Shown here in pieces: positions 38,684 through 52,234 of a DNA stretch of 64,000 bases; the stretch's first letter is position 1, and each line of letters opens with the position of its first letter. Under the pieces are notes generated by a model. It searched no databases. It was not told the DNA's origin and saw only the letters and a program-made list of their open reading frames with translations. The position numbers and the translations under genes are program-made. The stretch comes from Podarcis cretensis (Eukaryota): positions 53,196,001 through 53,260,000 of the forward strand of contig OX638153.1 in the NCBI GenBank assembly GCA_951804945.1, given 5' to 3'.

Positions 38684-39294
38684 TGTTGTTATTTAGTCGT
38701 TTAGTCGTGTCCGACTCTTCGTGACCCCTTGGACCAGAGCATGCCAGACACTCGTGTATTCCACTGCCTCCCGCAGTTTGGTCAAACTTGTGCTGGTAGC
38801 TTCGAGGACACTATCCAAACATCTCGTCCTCTGTTGTCCCCTTCTTCACCTTGTGCCCTTAATCTTTCCCAACATCAGGGTCTTTTCCAGGGAGTCTTCT
38901 CTTCTCATGAGGTGACCAAAGTATTGGAGTCTCAGCTTCACGATCTGTGCTTCCAGTGAGCACTCAGGGGTGATTTCCTTAAGAATGGAGAGGTTTGATC
39001 TTCTTGCAGTCCATGGGACTCTCAAGAATCTCCTCCAGCACCATAATTCAAAAGCATCAATTCTTCAGCGATCAGCCTTCTTTATGGTCCAGCTCTCACT
39101 TCCATACATCACTACTGGGAAAACCATAGCTTTAACTATACGGACCTTTGTCACCAAGGTGATGTCTCTGCTTTTTAAGATGCTGTCTAGGTTTGTCATT
39201 GCTTTTCTCCCAAGAAGCAGGCATCTTTTAATTTCGTGACTGCTGTCACCATCTGCAGCAATCATGGAGCCCAAGAAAGTAAAATCTCTCACTG
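38684..39294 (-). mobile_element. Bov-B LINE, 5'-truncated (~610 bp)
   Basis: Encodes EAVRDFTFLGSMIAADGDSSHEIKR.LLLGRKAMTNLDSILKSRDITL.TKVRIVKAMVFPVVMYGSESWTIKKA; CAA-type tail; TSD CCTCCATGGGT at 38673-38683 and 39295-39305. Confidence 0.95.
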
Positions 39295-39634
39295 CCTCCA
39301 TGGGTATTCTTCCACAAAAGGAAAAAAAAAAACATCAACAGGGCCAGGTGTTTTATTTCTTATTCAGACTGGCATGGGGAAGTTTTTGTCCATTCTGTAC
39401 TGGAGGTATGATTCTCTTTACATGCTATGCAGCAGTAAACTTGGGTCCAAACAATCCCATCTGCCAGCATAGGAAATTCCCCATGAGGTTCAGTGGAGCT
39501 TCTTTCCCTACCCAACTGGCTCCTAGCCAGACACATGTAGCTTTAAGTCTACCATGATGCACCTGGCCAATGATAAGCCAATGCTCAACACAATCAAATT
39601 GTCTTGAACTGCCTACCCAGGCTTTCCATGAGCC

Positions 39635-39843
39635 AAGAACATAAGAAGAACCTATTGGATCAGGCTAATGGCCCATCTAGTCTAGCATCCTGTTCTCACA
39701 GTGGCCAACCATATGCCTATGGGAAACCCACAAGCAGGACCCAAGCACAAGAGCACTTTCCGGTTTTTCTGTATTCAGAAGCATTACTTTCTGTGACTTG
39801 TGGGCAGAGCATAGCCATTATGGCTAGTAGCCACTGATAGCCT

Positions 39844-39882
<39 letters not shown>

Positions 39883-40026
39883 TAATTTATTTATACACCA
39901 CCCATCTGGCTGGGTTTCCCCAGCCACTCTGGGCAGCTTCCAACAAAAGATTAAAAATACATAGCCTTATTCTCTATGAAGTTGTCCAATCCTCATTTAA
40001 AGACATTCAAGTTGGTGGCCATCATT
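39635..40026 (-). mobile_element. CR1-type LINE 3' fragment, interrupted by an L2-type tail; related copy at about 47708-48040
   Basis: agaacataagaa terminus followed by ggatcaggctaatggcccatctagtctagcatcctgttctcacagtggccaacc. Confidence 0.7.
39845..39960 (-). mobile_element. Very short L2-type 3' end nested in the CR1 fragment
   Basis: (TAA)n plus cccatctggctgggtttccccagccactctgggcagcttcc; 8-bp duplication ATAGCCTT at 39837-39844 and 39961-39968. Confidence 0.8.
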
Positions 40027-43000
40027 AAGACATGCGTGTGCTGCTTTTCAGTTCAGAGACCTTTCCTAAGACAGCTGCCAGCCAACCATTGCCTTAACAG
40101 AGGAACTAGTCTGGAAGGTTTTCTCTTATAGATTCTACCCTCACAGCTACAGGGTCATGGGTCTGGAAGGGACCCAGGGTATTATCTGGATTCTCTCTCT
40201 CACACACACACCTAACTCATATTACTAGGTTTAAAAACAATACAAACATCCAAGGCAGAGAACTAAAAAAATATATTCTCATATTCTATATCATCACTCA
40301 GTGACTTGCATCTGAGCGCATGAACTTAGCTATCTCCACTGCTATGTTTAGGGGGAGATGGTAGGAAAACTTTTATCTAATCTGTGGCCTCCAGATATAG
40401 TTGGACCACAGCTCTCCCTGGCCATCGGTTGTGCTAGCTAAGAGTGACAGGAGGTAAAATCCAACAACATCCGGAGGACCATAGCGTAACCACCCCTAAT
40501 CTGATTCAGACATGTATGCATGCATGCCATGATTTGAGGTGGCAGTCACAGGGAGAGGAACATGCTGTTCACTCACCCCAATTAACCAGACACTGGCTTT
40601 GTGTATGCAAATCACATCTCCAGCCAGACAGAAGAATGCTCTTCGTGATCAAAAGTATGCCAGAAAGGTGCCAAGAAAAATATGAAAGAATTGTGAGCAA
40701 TCCACATGGGAAAATCAGAATGCAGACTCAAGACTTCTTGCGTACATTCTAGAGATTTCTGAATCTGAATTTAGGAGTGGTGTGAGATGCAGCTATCTAA
40801 GCAGAAGTATCTTGATGGAGTCTGGGGTTCAAAGCCCACTATAGGAGGAAGCACCGTTGCACCTGAATTTATTCCTATAAAGGGGAAAGAAGCATTTGAA
40901 AACATGCCAGGCATCCCTTGAAGGAGCTACTACTGATTTCATGTTAAAATATTTCTACTACAAGCACCAGTATACACGGGGCAAATGCACTTGGTGCATA
41001 AAGTAATAAGTAGCCTTCAGATCAATTAATTCTGTTTATACTGTTTATATTTCCTGTCAGCTAAGACTCTGAGTTCCTCCTATCAGATGCATGAAGTGCA
41101 CTGGGGAAGTAGTGAGTATATTATATGCATGTGCATATTATGTGCATACAATAAAGGATCAACTAGCCCTTTGCAAAGAAGGGAAATGAGCAAGATTTAA
41201 AAGGATGGGTGAAATGAATAAAAATATGAAGTTTGGGGAATCCAGAGAATCCCTCCCAAAGCAAAGCAATTTAGGTGTCAGGAGGATCAGAACCTGCATT
41301 AGTCTTTCCAGAAGAACTATTTTTCCAGAGTTCACTGGCCCAGCTCATTTATCTGTGAGCCGTGAGAACATACAAAAATGTCAAAGTGCTGTAATCCATT
41401 TGTACCTAACATGTTTTACACAGTTAGCCTAAAATGGCCTGCCACTATCTGACTCCTCCATTCAGCCCTTGGAAGTTGAACGTAAATTAAGTAGCAGCTT
41501 TGAAGTTGTTCCATGCAGAGGCGTCTCAACAGAACAAGGTGTTCCTGTCATAGGGAAGAAAGCATTGTGCAAGAGAGAATGAAAAGCATGAAAGAGGAGG
41601 AACGTTCAGGGGCCAAATCACTGAGCAATCACTGCCCCACACAGTCCATGCTCAATTATATGGAAGCTAGAAAGGATTGGGAAGCCTCGTGTGAGTATAA
41701 CTGGGAATAGGACTGCTAAGATATTTGGGGTAGTAGGGTCCCCCTTTATATCATCCAAAAAGAAGACCATGACATCCAACAAGAGTTCCTATTCTTTTAA
41801 ACCAATACCAATAAACATGTGGCTCCAACCATTCACACCAGAGGATATTAGATGACAAACATACCACAGTGTTCGTGAATGAGATCTTTTGTAGCATTCT
41901 GTGTATTCCATTTCATCATTAGTACTCTAATGAGTACTAGCGTTTTGAAATAGTTTATCTAAATCTTTTGTTCCTTTGTTGGCCTTGGGACTGAATGAGT
42001 ACAATATCATGTTTTGTTTCTCAATCATGAGTCCATGAATAGAAGCAGAAGGACTGAACTTCATGCAACACTATGGCAATAGGCAGATGTTGTACCATGC
42101 TACCAATTAGCTATAAATGCTAATTGCTATAAATGCTTATTCCTCTTATACCATCCACTAGCCCTGGACCTTGACTTTCAATCATTCATTGGAAGGCTGG
42201 AAAACAGCCTGCATACATATGTATGCACAATTAAATGTGTGGGCTGAGTTCTGATTCCAGAATGAGGCTGGTTGGTGAAGCCAGCCGTTCATATTCTGCT
42301 TCTTTGACCAATGTGTTCATCTCCACATATAGCATGAAGGGCTATGAGGAACCAAGTTACAGGCGCCATTTGCACCACCCAAAACCTCACTTCAAATCTT
42401 GCTGCTGCATGCTGACAGCTACTAGCAGCCACAGGTGAGAGCTGAGTGCAGGATGGGGACACCAAGTACTCCAGAAGGAGCACAACGTGTCCTCTGTGAG
42501 AGGGACTACGCCTCTCTTAACACCCCATCCCTATACATCACTGGCTTACAGAATAATCCTAATTATGTCTGCTTAGAACTTAGTCCTGTTAAATTCAGTG
42601 GGGCTTACCTCCATGTAAGTGGGGCTCAGACTTCAACTGTAGCAAGGGGGTGAAACCTGGATTGGAGCTGTGATGCTCATTGCTGGAATGCATTGCTATC
42701 AAGAATGTTTCATCAGAGTGCAGTAAACTATCCTGACTGCCTCCTCCTTCGAGTCAAAATATACCTAGAATAAATGACCTGCATGACAGTGAAAGCTGAA
42801 AGTTGGGCAAGACAGTGATGCTGAAAAGCATTGCCAGAAACAGTAATGTTTAGTTAGAGTGCAGATGCAATCAAACGATGTGATGGAAATACTGAAAAAG
42901 ATGAAGAAACAAAAGTTAATTTTGTGGAAATGTGTATTATTTTTTTCTTGACTGTTCTCTTTCCTTTGATTGTTCATTTTCTTTTGGAATTCAATAAAGC

Positions 43001-43990
43001 ATTAAAAAAGAAAAAGAAGAAGCAACAACATGTTTCTTCCTTATTTCTGCTGAAAACAGAAACATGGGGATTTCAAAATGAGGAAACATGACACTAAATT
43101 TGACAAACAAAGGAGCAGAATGCATGGTCCTGTTAGAATGGAATGCGAGATCAGTTGACAACCAGCTGTGGCATGGGACCACAGAGGGCTACAATGCACA
43201 AGCCATGTACAACAGGGATGTGGAAATGGTGCATAAAGTAGCTAGGTATTACAGACCCAGACTCCTAGTGTACAATATACCACCTTGTGGCCATTACTGT
43301 GATAGTTCCATCAGAAAAAAGAGGACATGGTTGCTTTATAACCAATGACAATAAGGTAAGCTACTATTGTGGGGTGGCACTAACTGTGTTTTGCCTGCAG
43401 ATATCTGCACTTTTCCATATTATCCCTCTCTTCCTCCAGGGCAGAGGAGACTCCAAAGACTAGCAAAGGATATCAGGTACTCCTCCCGAAATATTTCCTG
43501 GTACCCTTGCAGCTGCCCCATACATCTGCACAGAAAAACAGCAGAACTATATGAATCAGAGTGTTGTGCATAAAGACAAACCTTCAAAAACAAACAAACC
43601 CCAAAGCAAACCTGGTGGAACTCTTATAAGAGGAAGCAGATGAGAATGACACATTTATTGAATACAATTCAGGAAAAGAACTCTTATACACAGAGACAAT
43701 CTAAAAGTTCAAAGTGGTGAGAAGGGAGGAGGAGGAAGGTGTGGAGCTGTGGCAACACATGTGTCATGCTCCAAGAGGATGCAGAGGTTCCAGAGCATGC
43801 TGTCTTTTCTGCCCAGGGTGTTGTATTCCCCCCACGACCTGCAGCTATCCAGATCAATTGCTTAAGCCTCCTCCTTTCAAGTTCTTTGTTATCATGACTA
43901 CAGGAGAAAGAGGTGCCAGTTCTGCAACACTGCCAATGGAATGTGTGCTGATCTCAGGGAGCTCTTCTGGTCTGAGGTCATACGTACAGG

Positions 43991-44384
43991 CAGGGCCATC
44001 TTTAGCATATTCGCCATCGGGGTGCAAAGATCTGCCCAACACCCCCAAGTTTAGTTCAGCCACCCTTTGGGGGGAAGCCAAAGTTGTTGACCTTTTTTGG
44101 GGGGGCAACTCAAAGTTGTTGAGCTTTTTAGGGGGGGAAAGTTGTTGAGCTTTTTAGGGGGGAATCGTTCACCTGTAACAACAACGGAAAAAGGCTTTTG
44201 TTTCCTGACTCATCAGAAATATTTGACGAAACAGACCGATGGAGGAGGGGGGCGCGGACTTTTGCTCCATTGCTTTTCACTGCTGCCAATTGAGAGGGAC
44301 AGGTATACTACAGTACGTCTACATGTGGTGCCCCCCAGAATTCGGTGCCCGGGTACACTGCACCCCCGGGTAAAGACGGCCCTG
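43991..44384. mobile_element. hAT-type MITE with internal tandem repeats
   Basis: TIR CAGGGCCATCTTTA / TAAAGACGGCCCTG; 8-bp TSD with 6/8 match (CGTACAGG / CTTACAAG); three copies of aaagttgttga(g/c)cttttt. Confidence 0.85.
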
Positions 44385-47300
44385 CTTACAAGCCCCCAAC
44401 TAGTTGCCGTTTCTTGTCACTCCAAGGAGTTTAGGCATCTCAAGCTTATATGGCCAGTTTTGTTGTGCACCTCAGGCTTTGTGCAGAAGCTTACACTGCC
44501 TGCTTCTCCTTTCCTTATGACATGGTCCTCATTTCTAAGCTAAACATTAACACAATTTATAAGTTATTCATATGACACTGATGACACGAAACGCAGTTAT
44601 ACATTGGAAGGCAATATTGTAGAAAATGTCGAGGCTGTTTATGGGTAATATATATTGTACTTATCTAGAGGCATTACTAGATTTTTATACATACATGAGT
44701 ACCTGACCTATAAAGAAAACACAGAGGAGTGCACACATCACAAAAACATACCTTATTAAAACGAGCAATAGCAAATTACTTTCTTTCAATCACAATAAAG
44801 TCATGCATGGTTTTAAACGATTTTAGATCCTGCAGGTGATTTTCAGTGCATCCCTTCCTTTCCTCCACGGCTAGCTCTGGGGCTAGCTAGCAGGACACAA
44901 CAAGAAGCCCTGTGGCACAACTGGTTACAGTGAAAATATGGAAGGAAGAGAGTGCAGTGGCATGCCTGCTCCTTGATCGCCATGTGTTCATCAGCTCTTC
45001 TACACAGAACCTAAATGTGTATAACTTCTACATGTGTAGATTCAGTGAAGAAGAATGAATGACTATGTGAAGAACAAGAAGTGAGTAAGCAGCCTTATGG
45101 CAAGTCAGGCTATTAAGTCCATCTAGTGCTGTATTATCTAAACTGACTGTCAGCAGTTCTTCAGGGTTTCAGAAAGAGGCATCATTTCAAGGGCATTGCA
45201 TTGGATTGCACCACACGCCTCCTGAAAAGAATTTATGGCCTATTGTAAATATTATTCATAAAATAATCCTCTCTCACTAACTTGAAGTCTCTGCAAGTAT
45301 TTAAATATTAAAAGTGCATTTTCAATGAAGATTAGTTACACATTTATTAAACTATCCCTACACCCTTCTAGCTCGGTGAAGGCTTCTTTTTGACCTTTCT
45401 GGCTTCTTTCGATATTTACAAAATCAGAGTTTAGTACCTAAATATATTTGACATGCTGTCCTATTAAATTATAATAATACTTTGTCTCCTCTCAAGTTCT
45501 CTAGGATGGTTGTTCCAGATATTTAATTTTTTTCTGCCACAAACCTTGACACGTTCTGCCCTTATATGGTAGGGAATATAATAAAGATGAAGAGTGAATT
45601 GAATTATTTATTTCACTTGCCTTAGCTGCCCTACCTCAGTCATTTGGTCAATTTTTTAAAAGCTCTCAAGCTGATGATATTTCTGCACTCTTTCACCTCC
45701 ATCCTATTCCAGGCGGATTCAAGAAATTACAGCAGGAGAAGCCAGCATGGTGCCCCCATGCTTTGTTGTTGTGGGAATTATAGTCCAGCAATGTCTGGGA
45801 GGTTCCACATTGGCTACCCCTGAATTACAGAGCTGAGTGCTAGCAGCAAACACAACTGCCCTGCAGAGTATGAATGAAGAGAGCAGCTCTCCATTCACTT
45901 CAGTGGCATAATAGTATCCCCAGTCACTTCAAGGGGAAAGAGTTGCACCATGCTGTAGAAAAACCAAACTAAACACATCCCTCATCTTCTGTAAGGAAAA
46001 GTGTCATGTAAAAATGTTAAAACATTTATTTATACTTCTGAATTTCATTATTCCTTTTATGTGCACATTATGATATATATATGATATAAATTTCCACTGC
46101 CAAAAAAAGAGTTACCGGTATATTTATTGTGGGTTTTTATTGCTTTATTCTCTTGAACATGCTTTTATATTATGTGAGTTAGTTTTCCTTAAGTGCTTGG
46201 TTTGTATTAAGCCAGCTTTTCCATGGATTTTTATAACTACTTGAAACAAACTTGAAACATGTAAATTAAATAAAATTCAAGTACATTTTCTCTGTATTGT
46301 TATACCAGGGTTTTATTTTCCAGCATTGGGGCTGCATATGGTTTTTCCTTAACAGCTACAGTCCTTTACATGTTTACTCAGAAGTAAATACTACTGAATT
46401 AGTGATACTTACTTCCAGCTAATGGTAGATGAATATCAGACCTTTTTTGTGTGTATGGTGGGATTAACCTCTGAAGGGCATGGTAGTGGATACAAAGCTA
46501 ATTAATTTATCTTTGTAGTAAGACAGAGAAAGAATACATTTTCATTTGTGTATATCATGCTGCTGCTAAGCATTTTTTCTTCTCCTTTCTGTGGTACAGA
46601 TTTAGAAGCATCTTTCCCTCCAAGCTGGTTCCCTCCAGATTTTGTTGGACTCCCATTAGCCCCAGCCAGCATGGCCAATGGTCAGGGTTGATCAGGGTTG
46701 TCATCCAAAATATCTGGAAGACACAAGGCTGGGGCAGATCAACATAAACTGTTGAATGTACATAGACTGCAGCAGTGAACTGATGGGGGGAAAGAGGCAA
46801 CTAAATTAATGGTTTGCAATTAGTTTACTTCCAACACTTTCACAGTCCTTATCCTATGAAACACTGTGCCGTTCAGAAATGCTTCTTGTAAGAGCATTTG
46901 AGGTGCATTAAAAAGTGTATTGACTTGAAATATTTGTTTATGGTATTATCACCACCAAGCAAGAGGTTCAGTAAGAAAAATTGATAGCATATTTCATATG
47001 TCAGTTGGGCTGTGTCTGTGCATTACCAGCCTCCTCAAACCTTTGTGTCATCTTTGATGCATGAAATTCTACCTTGAGATAAAACAAGACAGCTAAATAT
47101 GTCCTAATTTCAAATAATGTAAAAGAAGAAGAAGATAGAAATGGCAAAAAATGCATAATAAGAGCACTTGCAGAAAGGTAGGAACCCACAGGACTCTTTA
47201 ATGCACTGTAAACTACTTGACCAACCTGGTGCCCTTTAGATGTTTGGGGCTGCAACTCTTATGAGACTGAACCCAACATTCAGTAAGAAGGTGCTGAAAT

Positions 47301-48049
47301 TAAATGTTCCACTGTTGTGGTCCTGAGAAACTAAGGAGTTAAAATATGACAGGAAATGTGGTCCTTATGGAAAGAAGGGAAGAATATTGATGATCTCTGT
47401 GTGGTGGAGGGAATCCATATTTCCCATGAATCCTCTGATGGTGAGAAAGAGATAAAAAATCATTAAAAAGAATGCTAAATAAAGCACTCTTGGTTCATTC
47501 AGGCCATCCTATGACATTTAAAAAATCCTCACTGACATGTTAAGAGCTTTGTGGACTACCACTGAAGCAATGAATAATTACATAAGTGACAAGTGCTCTC
47601 CAGCATTCTTGAGAATTTAAGGGCATTTAGTGACAAAGATAAGAAATGAATGAAATGTGCTGTCACACTTTCACAGTGGCTGCTTTATGTATGTCAAGGA
47701 TTTCAGTTCATAAGAATATAATAGCCCTGTTGGATCAAACCAAAGGCTCTGCAACCTTTTCTCACAGTTGTCTACCAAATGTGTATGGGAGGTCCACAAG
47801 AAGGACATTAATACAACTGTCCTCTCTCTCTCATGATTCTCAACAATTGTTAGGCAGAGGCTTACTGCCTTTGATTCTACAGGTTATATTTAGCATGACT
47901 AACAGCCACTGATAGCATCACTTTCCATGAATTTATCTAATACCCTTTTAAAAGCCATCTAAATTAGTAGCCATCAATACATCCTCCAGGAGAAAATTTC
48001 ATAGTTTTACTTTGCATTATGTGAATAAATTGTTCAGTTTATATTTTCA

Positions 48050-48850
48050 TTGGACAACTCTGGGTTATCCAGAGTTGTGCCTAGGAATTCCAAGAACCAA
48101 AAAAAAAATCAGTGCAGTTTTAAAAGTGTGACCTTGATTCAAATTTGTTTCCAATTGTATCCAAACATGTATGAAATCCTGCAATCGTCATGCAAAATTT
48201 GGTCAGCAATCGTCATGCAAAATTTGGTTACTATGTATTAAAAGGTGTCCAAATGCATAAAGAACAGACAAGCAACTTCCTCAACTTTCTGGTAGACTAG
48301 CAGGAAGTAACCAGCATTGCTCAAGAATTCTAAGACCCATAAAATACAGAGATTTATAACTGTAATTTGTTAGTTTCTTGCCAAATTTGGTTAAAATCAG
48401 TGCAGATTTGAAAGGTTGAATCCACCATTTTGATTCAAAATGTTATCCAATAGTATCCGAACTCAAAATCTGATTACTGCCCTGCTTCAGAGAAAACAAA
48501 CTCCAGCAGTCCCAGCCTTTGGCAATCCAAAATAGCAATTAAAAAAAAAAGTCTGGTCACAGTCAAAAGTGAAAACACAAGGAATTTCCATTACCAGCTA
48601 GATCTCAGGGAACTGTTGTGCTAGATTGGGTGATGATATCTCCAGAGGCAGCCAGATTGGTTCAGCTTGGAATGTTTCTGTCCACCATCTTGAATCAATT
48701 TAGCATTCAACAGTATCCAAACATAGGCAAAAAAACAACTCCTCCGCCTTGGGAACCATCATGGCAAATTGGACAATATCTCAAGAGATGTCAAAATGCA
48801 TAGACAGCAGAAAGACAGACAAACCACTTTCCAAAGCATGTAGTAGGTGT
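48050..48850 (+). mobile_element. Probable Helitron-like (rolling-circle) non-autonomous relic, two head-to-tail units
   Basis: The module 'gtatccaaaca...catgcaaaatttgg...tgtc(c/a)aaatgcata...cagaca...tagta(g)' recurs at about 48150-48295 and 48710-48846; unit junction near 48296. Confidence 0.45.
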
Positions 48851-49052
48851 TTATGTTGGCTCTCATGGATGGTTATAAGCCTTAAAGGGGGGGGTGTTCT
48901 CCATTGGGGTCAAGGCTCTCCATGGGGCCAAAGTGCTATATCAGCACTCAAGAGATGAACCTCCCCTTCTGTTTGTTCTGCCTTCACAGTGAGAATTGAA
49001 TTCCTTGCCCCTTGTTTCCCTTTAATTAAGGGGAAGCATGATATGTACTTAC

Positions 49053-49140
49053 CTGCTACATGCCTAATTTGGCTTTCAGGTTTTGGGGCTCAATTTTTGA
49101 ATCTCCTGCAATCTTTTGTACTTCCTGGCAAAAGCAGCCT
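49053..49140 (-). other. Candidate non-coding 5'-leader exon D (88 nt)
   Basis: Minus strand: gttttattttgctttctgttcag|AGGCTGC...GTAGCAG|gtaagtac, near-perfect acceptor and donor; all three frames contain stops. Confidence 0.55.
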
Positions 49141-50365
49141 CTGAACAGAAAGCAAAATAAAACGGCTCTTTCACAAAGGCAAAAGTTTCAATACATTGTT
49201 TTCTAATGGCTTCCTTAAGAATTTTGCCAATGATCATTTATGCCAGCCACAATAAAGCTATCATAAAACCTTATTGATATTTGAGCCCACAATGTTTATA
49301 CTTTAAGGTCTGAGGCATAAACACTGTGGGCTGAAACATCAATCTGCCAGATGCGTTTCAACCACTCTGATCTTCTTCAGCAAAATGTTTCCGTATTGAT
49401 TGTTCATTGGTTAAGGTTTTATTTTTCTTTCTTGTCATTGAATGCTATATTTCATTTCAGGACATTTTTTGGACTCCAGGCGATGCCCCAATTAAAGAAC
49501 AGCAATGTAGATGGGAGGCCATGGACCTACTAACCCTCTTAACTTATGCATGTGCACTGAGGTGCAGCTTCATCAGCGTGTGACCCTGAAATTCTGGATC
49601 CTTCCCAAACAGATGCCAGTGTTTTCTGCTAGTTTTGTGCCGTTTTGTGATGTGAACCCCACATTTAGTGCTGCCCACTCCCCAAACTGAATAATGGATA
49701 CTCAAACTGGGGTAACAAGGAAAGGGCCCAAAACCCAACCATGTCCTATTGACTCCAAACCAGTGCCAAAGTGGTGTGCTGGTTTTGTGCCGTTTTGTGC
49801 TGCAAACCCCGCTTTCTTCACAGCCCCCCAAACATGAGTTTTATGAGCACATCTGCCCCAAGTAGAGAAACACAGCATGAGTTAGGAAGCAGTCAGACAA
49901 CTGGGAGCAGGCCCCCTCCCCCTCCCTCTGACATGGAATGGAATGTAGATAAGGCATTAGCAGAGAGTGGGAGGGAGAGAAGTCAGTTTGCTCAATATGC
50001 ACATGCAGCTTTGGAAAGAAGGGGTAGCATTTCCTCACCAGATTAATCCTCTGAGCCCAAAGAGTAGATGTATGGGAAAGGTATTAGACAGGAAACAAAC
50101 CCAGAAACATAAGGGTCATAGGTTCAGGATATTCTGCGGAACCAAGAAGCACTCCTCAGAAGGGTCAACTGACTCATAAGCCACAGACGTTCGGTTAGAC
50201 GTCCGAGGCTAATTGTTTGTATTGCAGTAAATCTTCAAGCTAATTACAACTTGTGTGCTGTGCTATCAAGATGGCACCCTGGGCTACTGACACTGAGCAA
50301 CTGGATCACAAGTAAATGGCCAAAGACCCAGCCTTGTCCAATTGGCTCCAAACCAGTGCCAGCTA

Positions 50366-51184
50366 NNNNNNNNNNNNNNNNNNNNNNNNNNNNNNNNNNN
50401 NNNNNNNNNNNNNNNNNNNNNNNNNNNNNNNNNNNNNNNNNNNNNNNNNNNNNNNNNNNNNNNNNNNNNNNNNNNNNNNNNNNNNNNNNNNNNNNNNNNN
50501 NNNNNNNNNNNNNNNNNNNNNNNNNNNNNNNNNNNNNNNNNNNNNNNNNNNNNNNNNNNNNNNNNNNNNNNNNNNNNNNNNNNNNNNNNNNNNNNNNNNN
50601 NNNNNNNNNNNNNNNNNNNNNNNNNNNNNNNNNNNNNNNNNNNNNNNNNNNNNNNNNNNNNNNNNNNNNNNNNNNNNNNNNNNNNNNNNNNNNNNNNNNN
50701 NNNNNNNNNNNNNNNNNNNNNNNNNNNNNNNNNNNNNNNNNNNNNNNNNNNNNNNNNNNNNNNNNNNNNNNNNNNNNNNNNNNNNNNNNNNNNNNNNNNN
50801 NNNNNNNNNNNNNNNNNNNNNNNNNNNNNNNNNNNNNNNNNNNNNNNNNNNNNNNNNNNNNNNNNNNNNNNNNNNNNNNNNNNNNNNNNNNNNNNNNNNN
50901 NNNNNNNNNNNNNNNNNNNNNNNNNNNNNNNNNNNNNNNNNNNNNNNNNNNNNNNNNNNNNNNNNNNNNNNNNNNNNNNNNNNNNNNNNNNNNNNNNNNN
51001 NNNNNNNNNNNNNNNNNNNNNNNNNNNNNNNNNNNNNNNNNNNNNNNNNNNNNNNNNNNNNNNNNNNNNNNNNNNNNNNNNNNNNNNNNNNNNNNNNNNN
51101 NNNNNNNNNNNNNNNNNNNNNNNNNNNNNNNNNNNNNNNNNNNNNNNNNNNNNNNNNNNNNNNNNNNNNNNNNNNNNNNNNNNN
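50366..51184. other. Assembly gap (819 N)
   Basis: Run of N. Confidence 1.
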
Positions 51185-51374
51185 TGGTGCTCGTGAACAA
51201 GGCACAGAGTTATGCAACAGGGATTTCTGTGGGGAACCTGGTTTGCGTCCCCCCAGATTGTTCACCCAGGGCAACACGTCCTAGGCCCCCCATACTACCT
51301 CACTGTATCCAGCTGTCTAGCTGTCTCATCTAGCTATCCTATGTCATTTAGAGCTTTGTAGGTTAAAAATGGAA

Positions 51375-51560
51375 GGACCGTAGCTCAATGGTAGAGTGTT
51401 TGCCTTGAATGCAGAAGGTCTGTGGTTTAGTTCCTAGGATTCCCAGATAGAGATGAGAGACACCCCTGCCTGAAATATCAGAGAGTCACAGCCAGTCAGT
51501 GTAAACAATAGTGGAACCAGTGGTCTGAATAAGTATGAGACATCTTCCTGTGTTTCTAAG
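51375..51560 (+). mobile_element. Old tRNA-derived SINE with CR1-like tail
   Basis: Head ggaccgtagctcaatggtagag (A box), degenerate B box, tail cttcctgtgtttcta. Confidence 0.7.
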
Positions 51561-51773
51561 CAGCACTTTAAACTGGGCTCAGAAACAGACTTGGTACTGA
51601 TGCAGGTGGTAATACAATAGTGTAATGTAGTCTAACTGTCCAGTTATTATCTTTGTTTTTATTCCCTTACCCCTTTCCCTGTTGTTTTTTCATTCTTTCT
51701 TTCATGTTACTTTCTACAGCACTAATGCTTTAATGTGCTTTAGTAGTAGTCAAAGAAGAAGAAGCAGTAAGAG

Positions 51774-52024
51774 AAGGGGTCAGCAAACTTTTTCAGCAGG
51801 GGGCCGGTCCACTGTCCCTCAGACATTGTGGGGGGCTGGACTATATTTTCAAGACAAAAAAAGAATGAATTCCTATGCCCCACAAATAACCCAGACATCC
51901 ATTTTAAATAAAAGGACACATTCTACTCATGTAAAAACATGCTGATTCCCGGACCATCCACAGGCCGGATTTAGAAGGCGATTGGGCCGGATCTGGCCCC
52001 CAGGCCTTAGTTTGCCTTCCCATG
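51774..52024. mobile_element. hAT (Charlie-like) MITE
   Basis: Termini AAGGGGTCAGCAAACT / AGTTTGCCTTCCCATG; 8-bp TSD with 6/8 match (AGTAAGAG / AGTGACAG). Confidence 0.75.
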
Positions 52025-52234
52025 AGTGACAGCCAGTTCTGGAATTTTGGATAGCCCGTTTCGTTTTACTGAATGGAAGGGATGCCAGTTAACTAAAACT
52101 ATTTCTTGCCACTTCTTTCCATGGATTCAAGAAAGAGTTAGAAATAATAACCTGATGTCTCAATTGAAGTGAATGGGAAGCCCTAGTGGTGTAGGTGGTT
52201 TGATGCAAAATTTTATGGGATCAGCATATACATG

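Noticed and set aside
41040-41850. Possible Penelope-like relic
   Set aside because: Only a vague resemblance; no translatable RT or GIY-YIG motif found.
50244-51333. Long ORFs of 284-360 aa in the ORF track
   Set aside because: Artefacts of translating through the N gap.
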